From Chrysomallon squamiferum (Eukaryota; Animalia; Mollusca), in NCBI GenBank assembly GCA_012295275.1, contig CM022670.1, forward strand, positions 34,906,001 through 34,970,000: DNA of 64,000 nt, written 5' to 3'. Below, piece after piece: positions 1 to 15,282 of this stretch (the first letter of the stretch is position 1; each line of letters begins with the position of its first letter). The notes below the pieces were generated by a model. The model was not told the DNA's origin. It made no database searches and saw nothing but the letters and a program-made list of their open reading frames with translations. Position numbers and translations under genes: made by a program.

Positions 1-20
1 ATTCTTTCTTGTTCTTTCTT

Positions 21-64
<44 letters not shown>

Positions 65-2025
65 GTTATTGTTCTTATTGCTTACTGTAGTATTACACAA
101 AATATTTAAAGAAACAAGTTTAAGAAATCATACAGAAATGTTTGGACATTCCGATAGAAATTTCAAATATTTTATTTTTATTTTAATCTGGTTTATTTCC
201 AGTTCAGAAACGAATCCACATTACTATATTTCCTGTTATATTTAACTGATTAAAAAAAGAATATTTATTTTTAGTGTTCAAAATATTTTTTTAATGTAAA
301 AAAAAAAAAAAAAAACAAACAAAAATACAACAATAAAAAAGCAATTCCTTTATTTATTTATTTATTTATTTTGTGTTTAATGAATATATATTATTATTTA
401 TTTTCTAATAACTTTCAGTTCAGTATTATCTACAAATTCTATACTTTACAAATACAAAATATTCAAATTCGTATTTACATTATTATTATTATTATTATTA
501 TTATTAATATTATTATTATTATCTATTTCCTATTATTATTACTATTATTATTATTATTTCTACTATTATTATTATTATCATTAATTTTAAATAAAACGTT
601 AAAATTTTATATAATAATAATAATAATAAAAAAAAAAAAACTTAGGACAAGTTTCAGCTGACACAACCGTTAACACTACATGAACGGGCTAATGCAAAAC
701 TTACATGAAACTTAACAAAAATCTTATTTAAACTTCTGTTGTACCTTCAAGATACATCAACACTGTGTCTTTCTTCCACTGTCACTGTTCTTAGAACAAG
801 AAATATCATTGTTCTACGATACCTTTTTATAAATGACATGCAGTGCCGATCCTTCTTATTTTAATATTTAAGAAGTAAATATAAATAATAAATAATATTA
901 AGGAATTATATTTTATTTATTTATTTATTCTTTTAAAAAAATATATTTATTTATTTATTTATTTGTTAATTAACTAATTATTTTATTATTTTAGTTTATT
1001 TTGTGTGTAACACACTATTTAAATTATCCTAAATTAAATTTTTGACTATTAGTTTTTTAAAACTTTCCAGTTCAATATTATTTATATTCTGTACCGTTCA
1101 AATTCAAATTCTTAATTACATTGTTATTATTATTATTTATATCATTATTATTATTATTGTTGTTATTGTTGTTGTTGTCAAATTGTTGCTATTATTATTT
1201 ATTATTGTCATTATTATTCTTTTTATTTAATATTATTATTATTATTGTTGTTGTTGTTGTTGTTGTTGTTATGTTCATCACCAATAATCGGGTCTTGTCT
1301 TAGAATAAATTTAAAACAAACACTTATTCATTGTCTGGATATTTAAAGATATAAAAAATTTGTCTGAGTTTCATACAGTCATATTTTTATTACAGGATCT
1401 GTGAACGTCAATCGTTATTTTTAATGTAGCAAACAAATAGCTTGGCACAGTTGATACGATTTTTAGGTCAAGGAATCTTCAAAGATTAATATGCAGAGTA
1501 TAAATCATTTATATTTAACTTTTCATGAGCAGGATATTTTTTTTTTTTTTTTTTTGTTTTTTTAATAAATCTTAAGTACACAACTGCTTGTTATTCATAT
1601 GCAAATTTTAAAAATTGATTTATTGAAGAATGTGATCTTTCTGGAGAACAACACTCTCATTTGAAAACATAAACCATTTTAAGAATCAATTGTAAATAAT
1701 GAATAATGTAGCTCATAATATTTCTGAGCTTAATAAAAAACACATGAAAAATTCTAATATATATAAATAAAGAAATATAAAATAATGATTTTTATACATG
1801 TAATTACAGTATGTATATTACTCTAAAAAGAAACGATCATCGTAATTTATATATAAATAACTACATATCACAATTTATATCCTCAAAAAAACTAATAAAA
1901 TATTTCTGAGAAAGTAAAAAAACATGCTTTTAATTACTTTTAAAAAGTTTTAATTTATACCACACAACGACATATAACATCGATGTGTAAAATCTAAAAA
2001 CAAGTCATTATTATATTTCTAGAAA

Positions 2026-2404
2026 ATGGCGGAGGATGAAAAAGTCGCCAGTAAACTACTGCAAGAAGACCGGTACAAAAATGACGTTTCCAAGTCGAGG
2101 CTGAACGACTTTGAAAAACGTTTCAGGAAAGACACACGCGCGAAGACGTGCAAGGAAGCTGCAAAAGCGTGGATGAGACGGATCTGTTCTAAACGGTGTC
2201 TGCTGACGACTGTTCACAACAACTTTCCGTTCCTGAAAATCATGAGAGGATATTCTCCTATACGCGACCTTCCCAACGACATCATAGCCGGATTCACTGT
2301 CGGCATCATGCAGATACCACAGGGTTGGTACATGTAATGTGATTTTGTTCGAGACGGTGTTCGTGTGTGTCCGTGTGTGTGTGTGTATGTGTGTGTGTGT
2401 GTGT

Positions 2405-2484
<80 letters not shown>

Positions 2485-3334
2485 CAAAGATATCTGATGA
2501 CAAAATAATTGTTTTCTTTCACTTACTTACTTTTAATACATTATCCTACTTTATAATTTTTTATTTAGTACAGATTCTATGGAAACTAATTTCAAAGAAC
2601 TATTAATTACAGGAATGGCGTATGCAAATCTGGCGACGCTTCCTCCAATCTGTGGTTTGTACACGAGTTTGTTTGCACCTCTGATTTACTTCTTCCTCGG
2701 ATCATCTAAACACGCTTCTATGGGTCAGTGTTTTTAAATTATTTTACCTGTTATATTTTTGTAATGTTATTTTAATTCGTTGCTTATAATTTAAAAAAAA
2801 AGAAAAAAGAAAAAAGGTATTGGATGAATATCAAAATATTTTCAGAAACATATAATCATTCAGCCATTGTATTTATCTCTTAATCAGGAGAACTTAGATT
2901 TTTTTCTTTCTTTTCTTTTCTTTTTTTTACCCCAGATTTTTATATTTAACGCACAAGTACAAAGCAGAATAATGAGATGTAGGTATATGTTGCACAAATA
3001 TTATAAAGAAAATATAGTTTCTCGAAAAAGTCTTATTGTAAATTGTTCAAATTTAACATCCTTGATATTCTACGCACACATTTAATACATGTGTTCTTAG
3101 TTATTTTAGAAACTATTTTGCAGGCTGTATAGCAGTGGTGAGCCTGATGTTTGCGTCTGTTCTCGATTCGGCTCTGTCATCATCTGTCGTAGACTCCGCA
3201 TCACAGAACGTCACAGTGAACTCTACAGAGTCTACCTTCTCAGAAATAGACATGAGGAAAATAGAGATTGTCACAGCTCTCACTCTAGTGTCCGGTTTCA
3301 TCATGGTAATGGAGATATAGCAATGCGCACGCAG

Positions 3335-3396
<62 letters not shown>

Positions 3397-3670
3397 ACTC
3401 ACGTACATCCACACACATACAGAGATACAGTCACGCACACACATACACTCTCACATAAGGCTTTCAGGCTATTTTCTTATATGTCAGATTTAATCATTTT
3501 GTAATGTGTTTTTACTAGTAGTTATAAAAACCTCAAAAATTCAGCAGCATTTCCTGCTTTGAACGATTTATTTCTGTTTATCAGTTAATTGATATATCTA
3601 ATATATAAAGCACTTATATATATATATATATATACACACACACTCAAACACACACTCACACACAGACACA

Positions 3671-3715
<45 letters not shown>

Positions 3716-4033
3716 TCTTCTCTATTTCTCCATTATTGCCACATAATCATCTAACCATCTGCTAGTTCCAGTAATATCATCGAAAACAATTGTTGTATTT
3801 TATAACGACAGATGGTGCTAGGGAAAATTGGACTAGGAATTGTGACGACGTACATGTCGGAGTATTTGATCAGTGGCTTCACCAGTGGCGTGGCCATCCA
3901 CGTTCTGACGAGTCAGGCGAAGATTCTCACTGGACTGCACATTGCCAGACACAACGGCATCTTCAAAGTGATAAAGGTTTGGTTTTTATGTGTTTATTCG
4001 TGAGAGAACTCGGTGGGATACATTCATAAAGCC

Positions 4034-4069
<36 letters not shown>

Positions 4070-5119
4070 TATCGTGATAGCAGTAAGAACTTTGTCTATA
4101 GTTAGTTTCAAAATCTATTATAAAACAAAAATATGCAGGTATTACAATAGATATTGATTTTATCTATTTTTTATTTCTTATTAATCAATCTGTTTGTCTA
4201 TTTGTTGTCGTATACAATTTTTTTTTATTTTCTGTTCCTATAAAAAACAATCCTTAATTTTATTATTTATTTTATTATTTGTTTGTTTGTGTTTTTGTTT
4301 GTTTGGCTGTTTATTTTATTTATTTATTTATTTGATTATTTTATATTATTTTATTTATATATTTGTTTATTTATTTATTAACACATCATGGATCATGAAT
4401 TATTTTTAAATAATCTGAAGTTTGAAAATTTGTCTGTCAAAGAGAAATAAATGAAGACATTTTCGGAATAAAATAAAATTAAAAAAAACTCGAAAGGAGA
4501 AATGTTTTTTATTTCAGACGTGGATTGCCATTTTCAGTAGCATTACGTTAATAAACTGGGCTCCCGTGGTGGTTTCCGTCATCAGCATGGTGATCATCTA
4601 CACTGTCAAAGTGTGCATCAACATCAGATTCAAAGCAAGACTCCGAATTCCAATACCCATCGAGCTGATGGTGGTATGTGTGAAACTGACATCTTTCTTT
4701 ACTTTCGTTTTCTCTCTTTGTTTCTTAGTTTCTTTACTGTCATTTTGTTTCTTTATTTCTTAGTTTCTTTACTTTCATTTTGTTTCTTTGTTTTTCCCAC
4801 TTTGTTTGTTTCATTTGCTTTTTAATTTTTTTTTTAACTTTCATTATGTTTCTTTGGGTTTCATTTAGTTTCTTTACATTAATTTCGTTTCTTTGTTGTG
4901 TTTTTCCTTTCTTGTGTTATTTTGTTTCTTTGTTTTTTTAGTTTCTTTACTGTCATCTTATTTCTTTGGATATTTTGTTTTAGTTTCTTTTATTTCGCTT
5001 TATTTTTTATTTTTTATTTTTTTTTTTAGTTTATCCACTTTAATTTTGTTTCTTTACATTAATTTTGTTTAGTTGTTTTGTTAGTTTCTTTATTATCATC
5101 GTGTTTCTTTGAATTTTTT

Positions 5120-5152
<33 letters not shown>

Positions 5153-5780
5153 TGTCTTCAATTTCATTTTGTTTCTCTTTTTTCTAGTTTTTTTTTTGTT
5201 TGTTTGTTTGCTTCGTTCTTTTATTTCTGAATACCTATCCGATTGAACTCACTATGGTATGTGCTGCATAATTAATTATGGTATTTTGTTTCCTATTTCT
5301 TTTTTGTCTTTCTTTTTTCATCGTTTTTCTTTCTACGCTGAAGTCTCTAGACACATATCTATTTCCACTAATGTATTTATTAATCAATTTATACAATAAT
5401 TCTAATTGTTTACTGACCATTATTTCTGTAAGTATTTCCTTCTACCTGTTTCTCTGTGTATAGACATTTTTTGTATATTTTTTCAGGTTATTGCAGGTAC
5501 CGCTGCTTCATATTATGGCAATTTCCATGACAGCTACGGTATGAGAATTGTTGGTGACATTCCGGCTGGGTAAGTTACTATTAATACTACAATCACCATC
5601 ACTGATACTTCTGTTAGTACGATAACAACAACAACAGCTACTACCACCATTACTACTGTTATGTTATACAATTTCATTGAAAACTAGAACTATTTTATTT
5701 ATTTAAAAAAAAGTTTTAATTATCATGATAACCATTATTATGACTGATACTATTTATTTAGTTACGTATTTACCTGTCTA

Positions 5781-5813
<33 letters not shown>

Positions 5814-6191
5814 CTGTCTATCTATCAACCTACCTACCTACATAGCTACATATATATGAGTGTGTGCATATATGTGTGTGTGTGTGTGTGTGTGTATTTA
5901 TTTATTTATTTATAGAAATAATGGCATGATCATTTTTATATTTTAGAATTCCCTTCCCGCGCATTCCTGACTTCACGCACACGACTACCTCCATGTTAGG
6001 CCACGCCTTCGTGATCGGCGTCATTGCATTTGCCCAGTCAGTCTCCATGGCGAAGACTCTGGCTTTGAAGAACAACTACAACGTCGACGCTAATCAGGTT
6101 GTCACAAAACTATCACGGGGAAATTTAAATTTCGAAACAATATTTTTCTGAAAAAAGATTTAATTTTCTCTTTAGATGTAATTTTAGTAAC

Positions 6192-6227
<36 letters not shown>

Positions 6228-6478
6228 TCAGGAGATGTTTGCGTATGGAGCAGGAAGCGTGTTGAGCTCCATCTTTTCGGGTTACATTCCTGCAGCTTCA
6301 GTAGCACGCAGCGCCATTCAGGATGGTGCAGGAGGCAAAACACAGGTTTACATTTCACTTCAGTTTAGTCCCAGCGAGTTACGTTTATCTCAGTAAATAC
6401 GGTACACGTTATCTGTTTATCGGTAGGTTTGGCCTGAGTCATTTCCAACGCGCTTCTGTTAAATAATAAACAAACAAA

Positions 6479-6513
<35 letters not shown>

Positions 6514-7532
6514 GGAAATATAGTATAACAGTCTAAATAAATAAATATAATTATAATATAAATATAAGTAAATAAATAAATAAATAAATAAATAACGATG
6601 ACAACAACAAACAAAGACAATAGAATATCTGTTTGGAATCTAATAAGCTAATTAATATGTTAATTTTAAGACTAATAAACAGGCCTATCATTACACGAAT
6701 GCTAGCACAGCTGATATCAATATGCTAAAACAAATATATAATTTGCAGAATGTTTAAGAAGATGTAAGTGTAGTAATTTTATTATTTCTGTGTGTTCTTT
6801 ATACAGGTGGCTGCTCTGTCTTCGTGTTGTATAGTTCTCGTTGTTGTTATTGCAGTGGGTCCACTTTTCTATAGCCTACCTCAGGTAAAATTTAGTATGT
6901 CCTGAAACTACGTGTTTACTTATTAAGTAAATAAATAAATAAATAAATAAAATAAAGAGATTTTATAAATTTTATATATAAAACCTTCAAAGAAGAAGAA
7001 TAATTTGGAAATATCATCATCATCATCATCATCTTTTTTTTCTTCTTCGTCGTCGTCGTTATTGTTGTCGTTCTTGTTTTTGTAGGTGTTATTGCTGGTG
7101 TTTTTTGTTGCTATGGTTGTTATTCTCGTCTGTTGTTGCTAATATGTTAACTGTATTTTATTGTTTTTCCAGTGTGTTTTGTCCTCGGTAATTGTCGTTA
7201 ATCTTCGTGGAATGTTCCGTCAGTTTCTACAATTAAAGCCGTTGTGGAAAAAAGCTAAATACGATTTTGTAAGTGAATTAAAAGTCCAGATTTTAATCTG
7301 TAGTTACCTCCCCTGACTTGATATTTTTCAGTATTCATAACAAAATATTTATAAATGCCTTTAACAATATCTTTCTTTCAGTGTATATTCTGACCATTGT
7401 CCTTTCTCTATTTCCGTCCCTTTATTTGTCCACAATGTCGTCTCTTTGTATGTCTGCCTGCCTGTCTCTGATTGTCTCTTTCTTTTTCTATTTTTATGTC
7501 TGTCTGTCTATCTGTTTGACTGTTTTTGCCTC

Positions 7533-7619
<87 letters not shown>

Positions 7620-7981
7620 GTTAATGGTGTTATTTTTCAGAGTATTTGGATTGTAACATTTCTCTGTACTGTAATTCTTGACGCTGACATTGGGCTCTTC
7701 ATTGGGATAATCTATTCTGTATTTTCCGTTGTCATCAGAACTCAGAGGTTGTTTTCTTTTTATCTGTTATGTTTAGAAACAATACTATCTGTGACATTAT
7801 AAAAGACGAACAAATTTTATCATTATTTTATTTATTTTTACATTTTAAAATAAATAAATAAATAAAAAAACAACAAAAAACCCAACAAAAAACAAACAAG
7901 AAACAGCAAAACAGCAACAACAACAACAAAAAAAGTAAAGAAAAGAAAAGAAAGAAAATAGCAAACAAACGTTTACTAAAT

Positions 7982-8047
<66 letters not shown>

Positions 8048-8855
8048 GTACCGATGCGTGTACAGTTACATATTTACACTTTATATTCTGTAGTTTTGTA
8101 ACAAACGTAGTAAAAGTTTTTAATTTTGTGCGTTTACTTTTAGATCAACGTTCAGAAAAGTTGGCCTGGTATCCAACTCCTGCCAATACAGATCGGAAAA
8201 ACTGTACGATAATGTAAGAAATTTCATTAACTTCATTTTTGTATTGTTTGGAGTCCAAAATAATTTTATTAATTATCTGTCTGTATGTCTGTCTGCCTCA
8301 CTGTTTCTGTCTTTCTGTATATATATCTACCTACCTACCTATCTTTGTCTCTCTCTCTATCTATATGTCTGTCTGGTTGACTATCTGTCTATCTATTTGT
8401 CTATTTATTGATCTGTCTGTGTCTATCGATTTATCTGTCTATCTGTTTGTCTATCTGTCTGGCTGTCTGATTATGTTTCTATTTATTTATCTGTCTATGA
8501 TTATTTGTCAGAATATCAAAAATATCTGTCAAATTTATGTTTCCGTTTATTTTATTGTTATTTTTGTTAAGTTTTTTTATCAAAAATCTTGAAATTCTAA
8601 ATTTCTGAAATTTAAATCTGACATAAAATTTACTGCTGGACTCATTTATTTTCAGGTTCAGAGACATGCGGGAGCTGTAATTCTAGCTTTCAACTCTCCA
8701 ATCTATTTCGCCAATGCAGAGATGTTCAGGGACGGATGTTACAAAGTCACTGGTTTAAACCCGATCAAACTGAAGAAGAAGAAACTGGCCTCAGTAATAA
8801 ATTCACAAAAAGCCAATGACGTAAGCAGTAAACGAATAATAATAATAATAAAAAA

Positions 8856-8904
<49 letters not shown>

Positions 8905-10221
8905 TCCGAAATATTAGTAAACATTTAATTATAAATCGCCTGTTTTACTTATTTATTTATTGATTTATTGATCGTCAGGAAGAAACGACGGATAATGGCG
9001 TACAAACAACAGTAAACAACCTTGACAACGAAACCACGTATGATCACGTGATCATCATTATGACTAACGTCTGTTTTATCGACTCAATGGGCGTCAAAGT
9101 ACTCAAGCAGGTGAGACTTTTTGTACTTGGACGACAAAATCATTTCGTCGTAGAAATAAGATAAATATTTCAAAAAAAAAAAAAAAAAAAAAAAAAAATG
9201 TGAGCTCTAATAAAAATTTACAATTGCCGGAATTCTAAGGCATAATATTATCAGCTTAGTGGAATGATCATACGGTAACAGTGATAAATATTAGAAACGA
9301 GATCGTTCAGTATTATATAATATGTGGAACAGACTTCCACAAATGGTCACAGGGAGACTCGACTGAATGAATCGACAACAACCGTCACAGAATAAAAAAC
9401 CCGTCTACTTTCAAACTTCATTTCTGACATCAGTTGTCCTTCCAGATCATGGAACCACTGAGCTACCGATTGTAATCGTTGCCTGATTTATATAATCATA
9501 TAATCAACTGCCCACAGCTAATATAAATTTAAATAAACACGTGTTACTGGTATACACAGACAAATATATTCAATTTTAGTTCGTGATTAATACAGAAAGT
9601 CTGATTTTCACATTTCAGCTAATTACAGATTTCAGCTACGTTGACATACAGGTTTCCTTGGTCGGTTTTTCAGGTGGGTGATTTTGGCTGTAGATGTGTG
9701 TATGTTTATGTGCTGGGTTTTTTTTTTGTGTGTGTGTGTGTTTTTAAACGTCTATATCTTTGGGTGGGTGTTTGGTTGTGTATCTCTGTGTGTCTGTGTT
9801 GTATGTGTATGTGTGAATGTTAGATTTTCAGCGATGAAAAAAAAGAATGACAAAAATGAAAAAAATCTACTGTTCCTTGTTTTTGCACGGCTTGTTTATT
9901 TCTTCGTGTGTTCATCAAAATACAATTCAGTGGGTTAATTTGCCTGCATATTCAATTGATTATTATTATTATTATTATTATGATTATTATTATTATTTAT
10001 TGTTGTTATTGTTGTTTTTGCTGCTATTGTTGTTGTTTTTGCTAATGCTGATGGTGCATTATTTTTCGTCTACTAGTAAACACTCTTTATTTTTTAAATC
10101 CTGTGTTTCAGAAAGTGTCATGGATATTCTGAAATCCTACGGTTTTCTGGAGTCCATGCAAGATCACGTGTTTCTCGACGTATCGGGAGCCCTGAATTCG
10201 AAATCTAACAAAGAAATCTAA
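2026..10221 (+). CDS. SLC26: SLC26-family anion transporter (prestin/pendrin/SLC26A6-like), paralog A; 16 coding exons, 690 aa
   Basis: Exons read by hand, all GT-AG: 2026-2323, 2613-2723, 3124-3305, 3812-3976, 4518-4673, 5487-5569, 5947-6097, 6232-6345, 6807-6884, 7173-7268, 7641-7747, 8144-8213, 8656-8820, 8979-9110, 9619-9673, 10112-10221. Total 2073 nt, in frame, ending TAA. Motifs: DIIAGFTVGIMQIPQGMAYANLA, GLYTS, GSSKHASMG, GFTSGVAIHVLTSQ, PIPIEL, NQEMFAYG, GGKTQ, and STAS-domain SPIYFANAE and FIDSMG. Confidence 0.95.
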
Positions 10222-10593
10222 AATTATCTCCAGAATGTGTTTGATTGGATTTCTCTGCGGTACTAAAAATTACAACTACAACACCAACTTTTGCAAGACA
10301 ATGAATGACACATGATGTATTTGATATTACCTGAATTTATGAACGTTATTATTATTATTGTTTTCTCCAGAGATGACAGAAATGTATATGAAAGCAACAA
10401 CAAAACAACCCCCCAAAAAACCCTCAGAAATAAAACAAAACAAAACAATAAGAAAAGAAAAGAAAAGAAAAGAAAAAACAAACAAACCATAAAATATTTG
10501 TGTAAAAATATTATAACTGTTTATACTGGTCAATCGTTAAATCTACTCATTATTATTTTGAGATCGTACAATTTTTTTATTTTTTTAAAGTTT

Positions 10594-10640
<47 letters not shown>

Positions 10641-10825
10641 TTATTATTAATATTATTATTATTATTATTATTATGATTATTATTATTATTATTATGATTA
10701 TTATTTATTAATTAATTTATTTATATATATTTTTAGCATATTTGAACATTTCAGATATTTTACGCACAAACGTTTCTCCACAGTCAGATTCTAGTCTTAC
10801 AAACCACCGAGATATTAACATCGCA

Positions 10826-10935
10826 CGCACAAACGTGTTACGTGTTAGTGTTTAATACAAAGTCAGTTACTGATAACACACAAACGTGTTACGTGTTAGT
10901 GTTTAATACAAAGCCAGTTACTGATAACGCACAAA
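10826..10935. repeat. ~51-bp direct tandem duplication downstream of paralog A
   Basis: CACAAACGTGTTACGTGTTAGTGTTTAATACAAAG(T/C)CAGTTACTGATAAC occurs twice. Confidence 0.85.
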
Positions 10936-11194
10936 GTACAGTTTTTATACACAAACAAAATACTCCAGTCCAGCGAAGAGAGGTTAAGCCTGTTTTAGGG
11001 TCCAGTTAAAATTGTTATTTTCTTTCTTTTTTTTTTCTTTTTTTTAAATATATTTTCGGTTCTTTCTTTATTTCTTTTTCTTTCTTTCTTCTTTTTTCTT
11101 TCTTCTTCTTCTTCTTCTTCTTATTTCTTATTGATTTATTTATTTTAATTTTTTTAAAATTATTTATTGATTTAATGATTTTTTATTTTTTTGG

Positions 11195-11298
<104 letters not shown>

Positions 11299-13283
11299 GA
11301 TTGGTATCTTATAAATCCATTAACTAATGATCATTATAATATTATATCGGAAAATGATTTCGGAACAATTTTGGGGGCTAATTTTAATATCATCATTCCC
11401 AAGAGTCCCAAAGTAGCAACTTCTTGATTTATCAACAGTATCTATAAGATAACTTTTATTGGATTTTTTTTAACTATTTAATTTTTTTTTTTAAATTAAT
11501 TTAATTTAATTTAATTTAAATTTTTTTAATTTTATTTATTTATTTTTTTTATTAAAATTTATTTATTTACTTATTTAATTTTTTTTAATTATTTTTATTT
11601 TATTTTAGTCTCCATTTATTCTGTATAAAAGGCGGTAAACTTTCATAACTTCTGCTTTATTAATTAGTAATAGTCTTTTTCATTTTGTGGTGTAAAATAA
11701 TTACAAGTTAAAGATTGTGTACCTGGCGAATTTGTGCACTAATTTATCCGAACAGTTAGAATTTAGTCTGCTTAAAGAGAGAAAGAGAAAAAAATAACTT
11801 GGATAGGAAATACATAAACTAAAACAAATTACTGAACAGGCATGTACGGTAATATAAGGATAGGGCGAATGAAATCGGCAAGACTTTTAGAAACAATAAA
11901 AATTAGATTTAAAACGTGAGGGCCAAATAAAAGTGAATAGAAAAGAAGAGTCAAAGAAGACAGAGAATGGAAAAATGAAACTGAAAGAAAAATGAAAACA
12001 AAATCTATTTTTTATATACTTTATATGGCGGCTGTATGTATTATTGTATCTGTATAATATTTTTTTATAGTCTCATGTATAGATATATTTACATTATCTT
12101 TGTATGAAACTTTTATTACAGAATGTTAAATATGGTTTGAAAATATATATCAATCTCTCTAATTTGGAAACTACTAAAATTGTTACAGCTACTACTACTG
12201 TTATTACTACTACTAGTACGACTACTACTATTACTTGTATCACTATGATTACTACCAGTAATACTACTATTATTACTTCTACTACTAGCAGTAATACGGC
12301 TACTGCAACAACTACTACTATTACTGATGTTACTGCTACTATTACTACTATTGCCACTACTAATACTACTACTATTACTATAACTTCAACTAATATTTAA
12401 TATTGTAATTACTACCACTGTCAATGATATTAACAGTGATGGAAATTCTGACGATATTATGATGAAAATGATACTCACGAATCGCATAGCGTGAAATTGA
12501 AAACTTTGTATTTTATCGGGTTTTTTACAAAATATATTCAAAAAAAAAAAAAAAAAAAAAAAAAATAAAAAATATAAAAATCTCAAAAAAAAATCTTTGG
12601 TAACATTTTAGGAATAACCAGAATTTATATTATCATATGTTTTAGTGCTTTTGTCTTTGTATAGTTGAAAATATTTTTTTTTTTATTTTTTTTTTTTTTT
12701 TTTTTTTTATTGTATTTTGTAAATAAACAATATATATTTTCATCACCAGATTCTGTACTTTTTCTACATTTATCCTTTATTTAATTTCATAAACAGAGAT
12801 CTAAATATTTATTTGACAAAACCAGTATATACGTACATACATAATTACATACATATACACATAAAAAAATAATAATAATAAAAAAGTAATAATAATAAAA
12901 ATAATCGAAAGAAAATTAAAAATAGAAAACAATTAATATATATATATATATTACATCATATTACATAATTCCGCCAATGAGGTCATCTATGGCAAAGAAA
13001 ACATAATGGTTGGTATTCATTTTGACAATCGATTAAATTATCAATGAGATTTATCACAAACACACTTTCATATCTGAATGTTAAGAACAAAAATAAATAA
13101 ATCGTATAAAGTTAGAGCTTTGTATTTCATCATCAAGGTGTATTATCTTATTCAATCACAATTATGGTGAAAAAAAAAAAAAATAAAAAAAATAAAAAAT
13201 AAAAATAAACCAAATACTACTACTACTACAACTAATAATAGTTTTACCTCGTTAAACTGTGATCTCTATACATATATAAATAC

Positions 13284-13316
<33 letters not shown>

Positions 13317-13327
13317 CACATATAGAA

Positions 13328-13372
<45 letters not shown>

Positions 13373-13768
13373 GAAATACATACATACATTTACATATATA
13401 CATATGTTTCTTTTACAAATTCTGTGATACTGTTATATGCAGCGACATTAGTGACAATTTGCATTCTCATATTCTCACGATCTGGTTTAACTGCATGTTA
13501 TAACCTGTTACAGTTATTCATAGCATGAGGACATTCTCATATTAAAGCGACCTTGGTCTAATTTCAAAGTACTGTTGTAACAATTACTCGAGTTACAAAC
13601 ACAGTTTTTACCTTACATACGTGATACGATAGAGTTCACTCCTTATCTTTCTTATTTTAGTAATATACATTCGTCATCCATACATTATGCATACGTACAT
13701 ATATACATACATTACATACATATATAAACATATATAAAAAAAAAATCACATACACACACACGGACACA

Positions 13769-13842
<74 letters not shown>

Positions 13843-13848
13843 CTCCCT

Positions 13849-13903
<55 letters not shown>

Positions 13904-14429
13904 GTTTGTGCCTATTTATTTCTTTTCTAAAAAAATACCGGTCTTTACCTTCAACAGTATATTAATTTTACGTTTGTACCCAAAAATGCAAAATAAAAAA
14001 ATAAATAAATAATAATAATAATAATAATAATTTCTCTAAGATAGATAGATAGATTACTCAAAGTATTTTTTATAATAAAACTATATAGTTTTTTTCAGAT
14101 CAATGTCTTGCTGATGTTTTTGTTGTACTGTTAGTGCTAAAGTTTGAAAATGATTCGCCATCGATTGCTGCAGTCCTACGAATTCCGAATCCTGTCTAAT
14201 ATAAATAAAACACTGTCAGTTGTCTTGAAAACAGTATTCGTGAGCTTCTTTAAAACTATTAATCCATAAGAGAAAACAAAATGCATAATAAAAAAAAGTA
14301 ATAATAATAATAATAAAAACAAAAACAAAATAAAAGAAAAAGAAAAAAGAAAGAAACATTTACGAGCTGTATAAAAGATATTGCAGAGATTTGATATTTA
14401 TCTGAGATATTTAACGTCTGCTGGGTTAA

Positions 14430-14700
14430 CAACGCCAAAAATAAAAGTATCGCGCCAAGTCGGTTTCCTAGCAACCGCGAATGACAGACAGACCGCGTCG
14501 TCGCGATTGTAATGAATACAGCTGTGAGACACCGGATAGGTGCAGCTAGGTCATATTTGTTTCCTCCGCAGAAGTGATGCAACGGATCGCGTTGCTGGAA
14601 AGTCTCTTTCATAAACACAGTCTGTTACCCGAGTCTTTTTTTCACTGTAAACTGTGGCTATTTTTTATCCGAAATTCAGAATACGGAACGGTTAACGCCT
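14430..14700. promoter_or_regulatory. CpG-rich island with RFX X-box-like motif
   Basis: Many CpGs in an otherwise CpG-poor AT-rich background. GTTTCCTAGCAAC at 14463-14475 fits the RFX X-box pattern. Confidence 0.35.
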
Positions 14701-15122
14701 TAACTCCTCCCATTAAAATCCTTCATTTCAACACTTTTGAAATCGTGGTTATACCTGGTTGGCAGGCTGACTGAATGAATGAACGAAAGAATGAATGATT
14801 GACTGAATGAATGAATGAATGAATGAATGAAAACATTTTATATGAATGAAATGCTGTCGAAAGATACTTAAAAGCTTTTTAATGTTAATGTTCATTCAGT
14901 AGTTTTTGTTTCGGGTAATGATGACGTAAAGTCATTTCTCAGCCGTCACTCGTGTTTAGCAGCAATAAATATTTTATATTTATCTTTTTACATGCATACA
15001 TACATACATACACATACATACATACATATATATACATACATATACATACATGCATATGCATATACATATACATTTACATACAAACATTTTTGCATACATA
15101 CATACATACATACATACATACA

Positions 15123-15156
<34 letters not shown>

Positions 15157-15229
15157 CATATATATATATAGATACATATACATACATACAAACATACAAA
15201 CATACATACATACATACACACATACATAT

Positions 15230-15282
<53 letters not shown>

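Noticed and set aside
10960-10987. CCAGTCCAGCGAAGAGAGGTTAA as a piggyBac-like terminus
   Set aside because: No matching opposite TIR with TTAA was found in the window.
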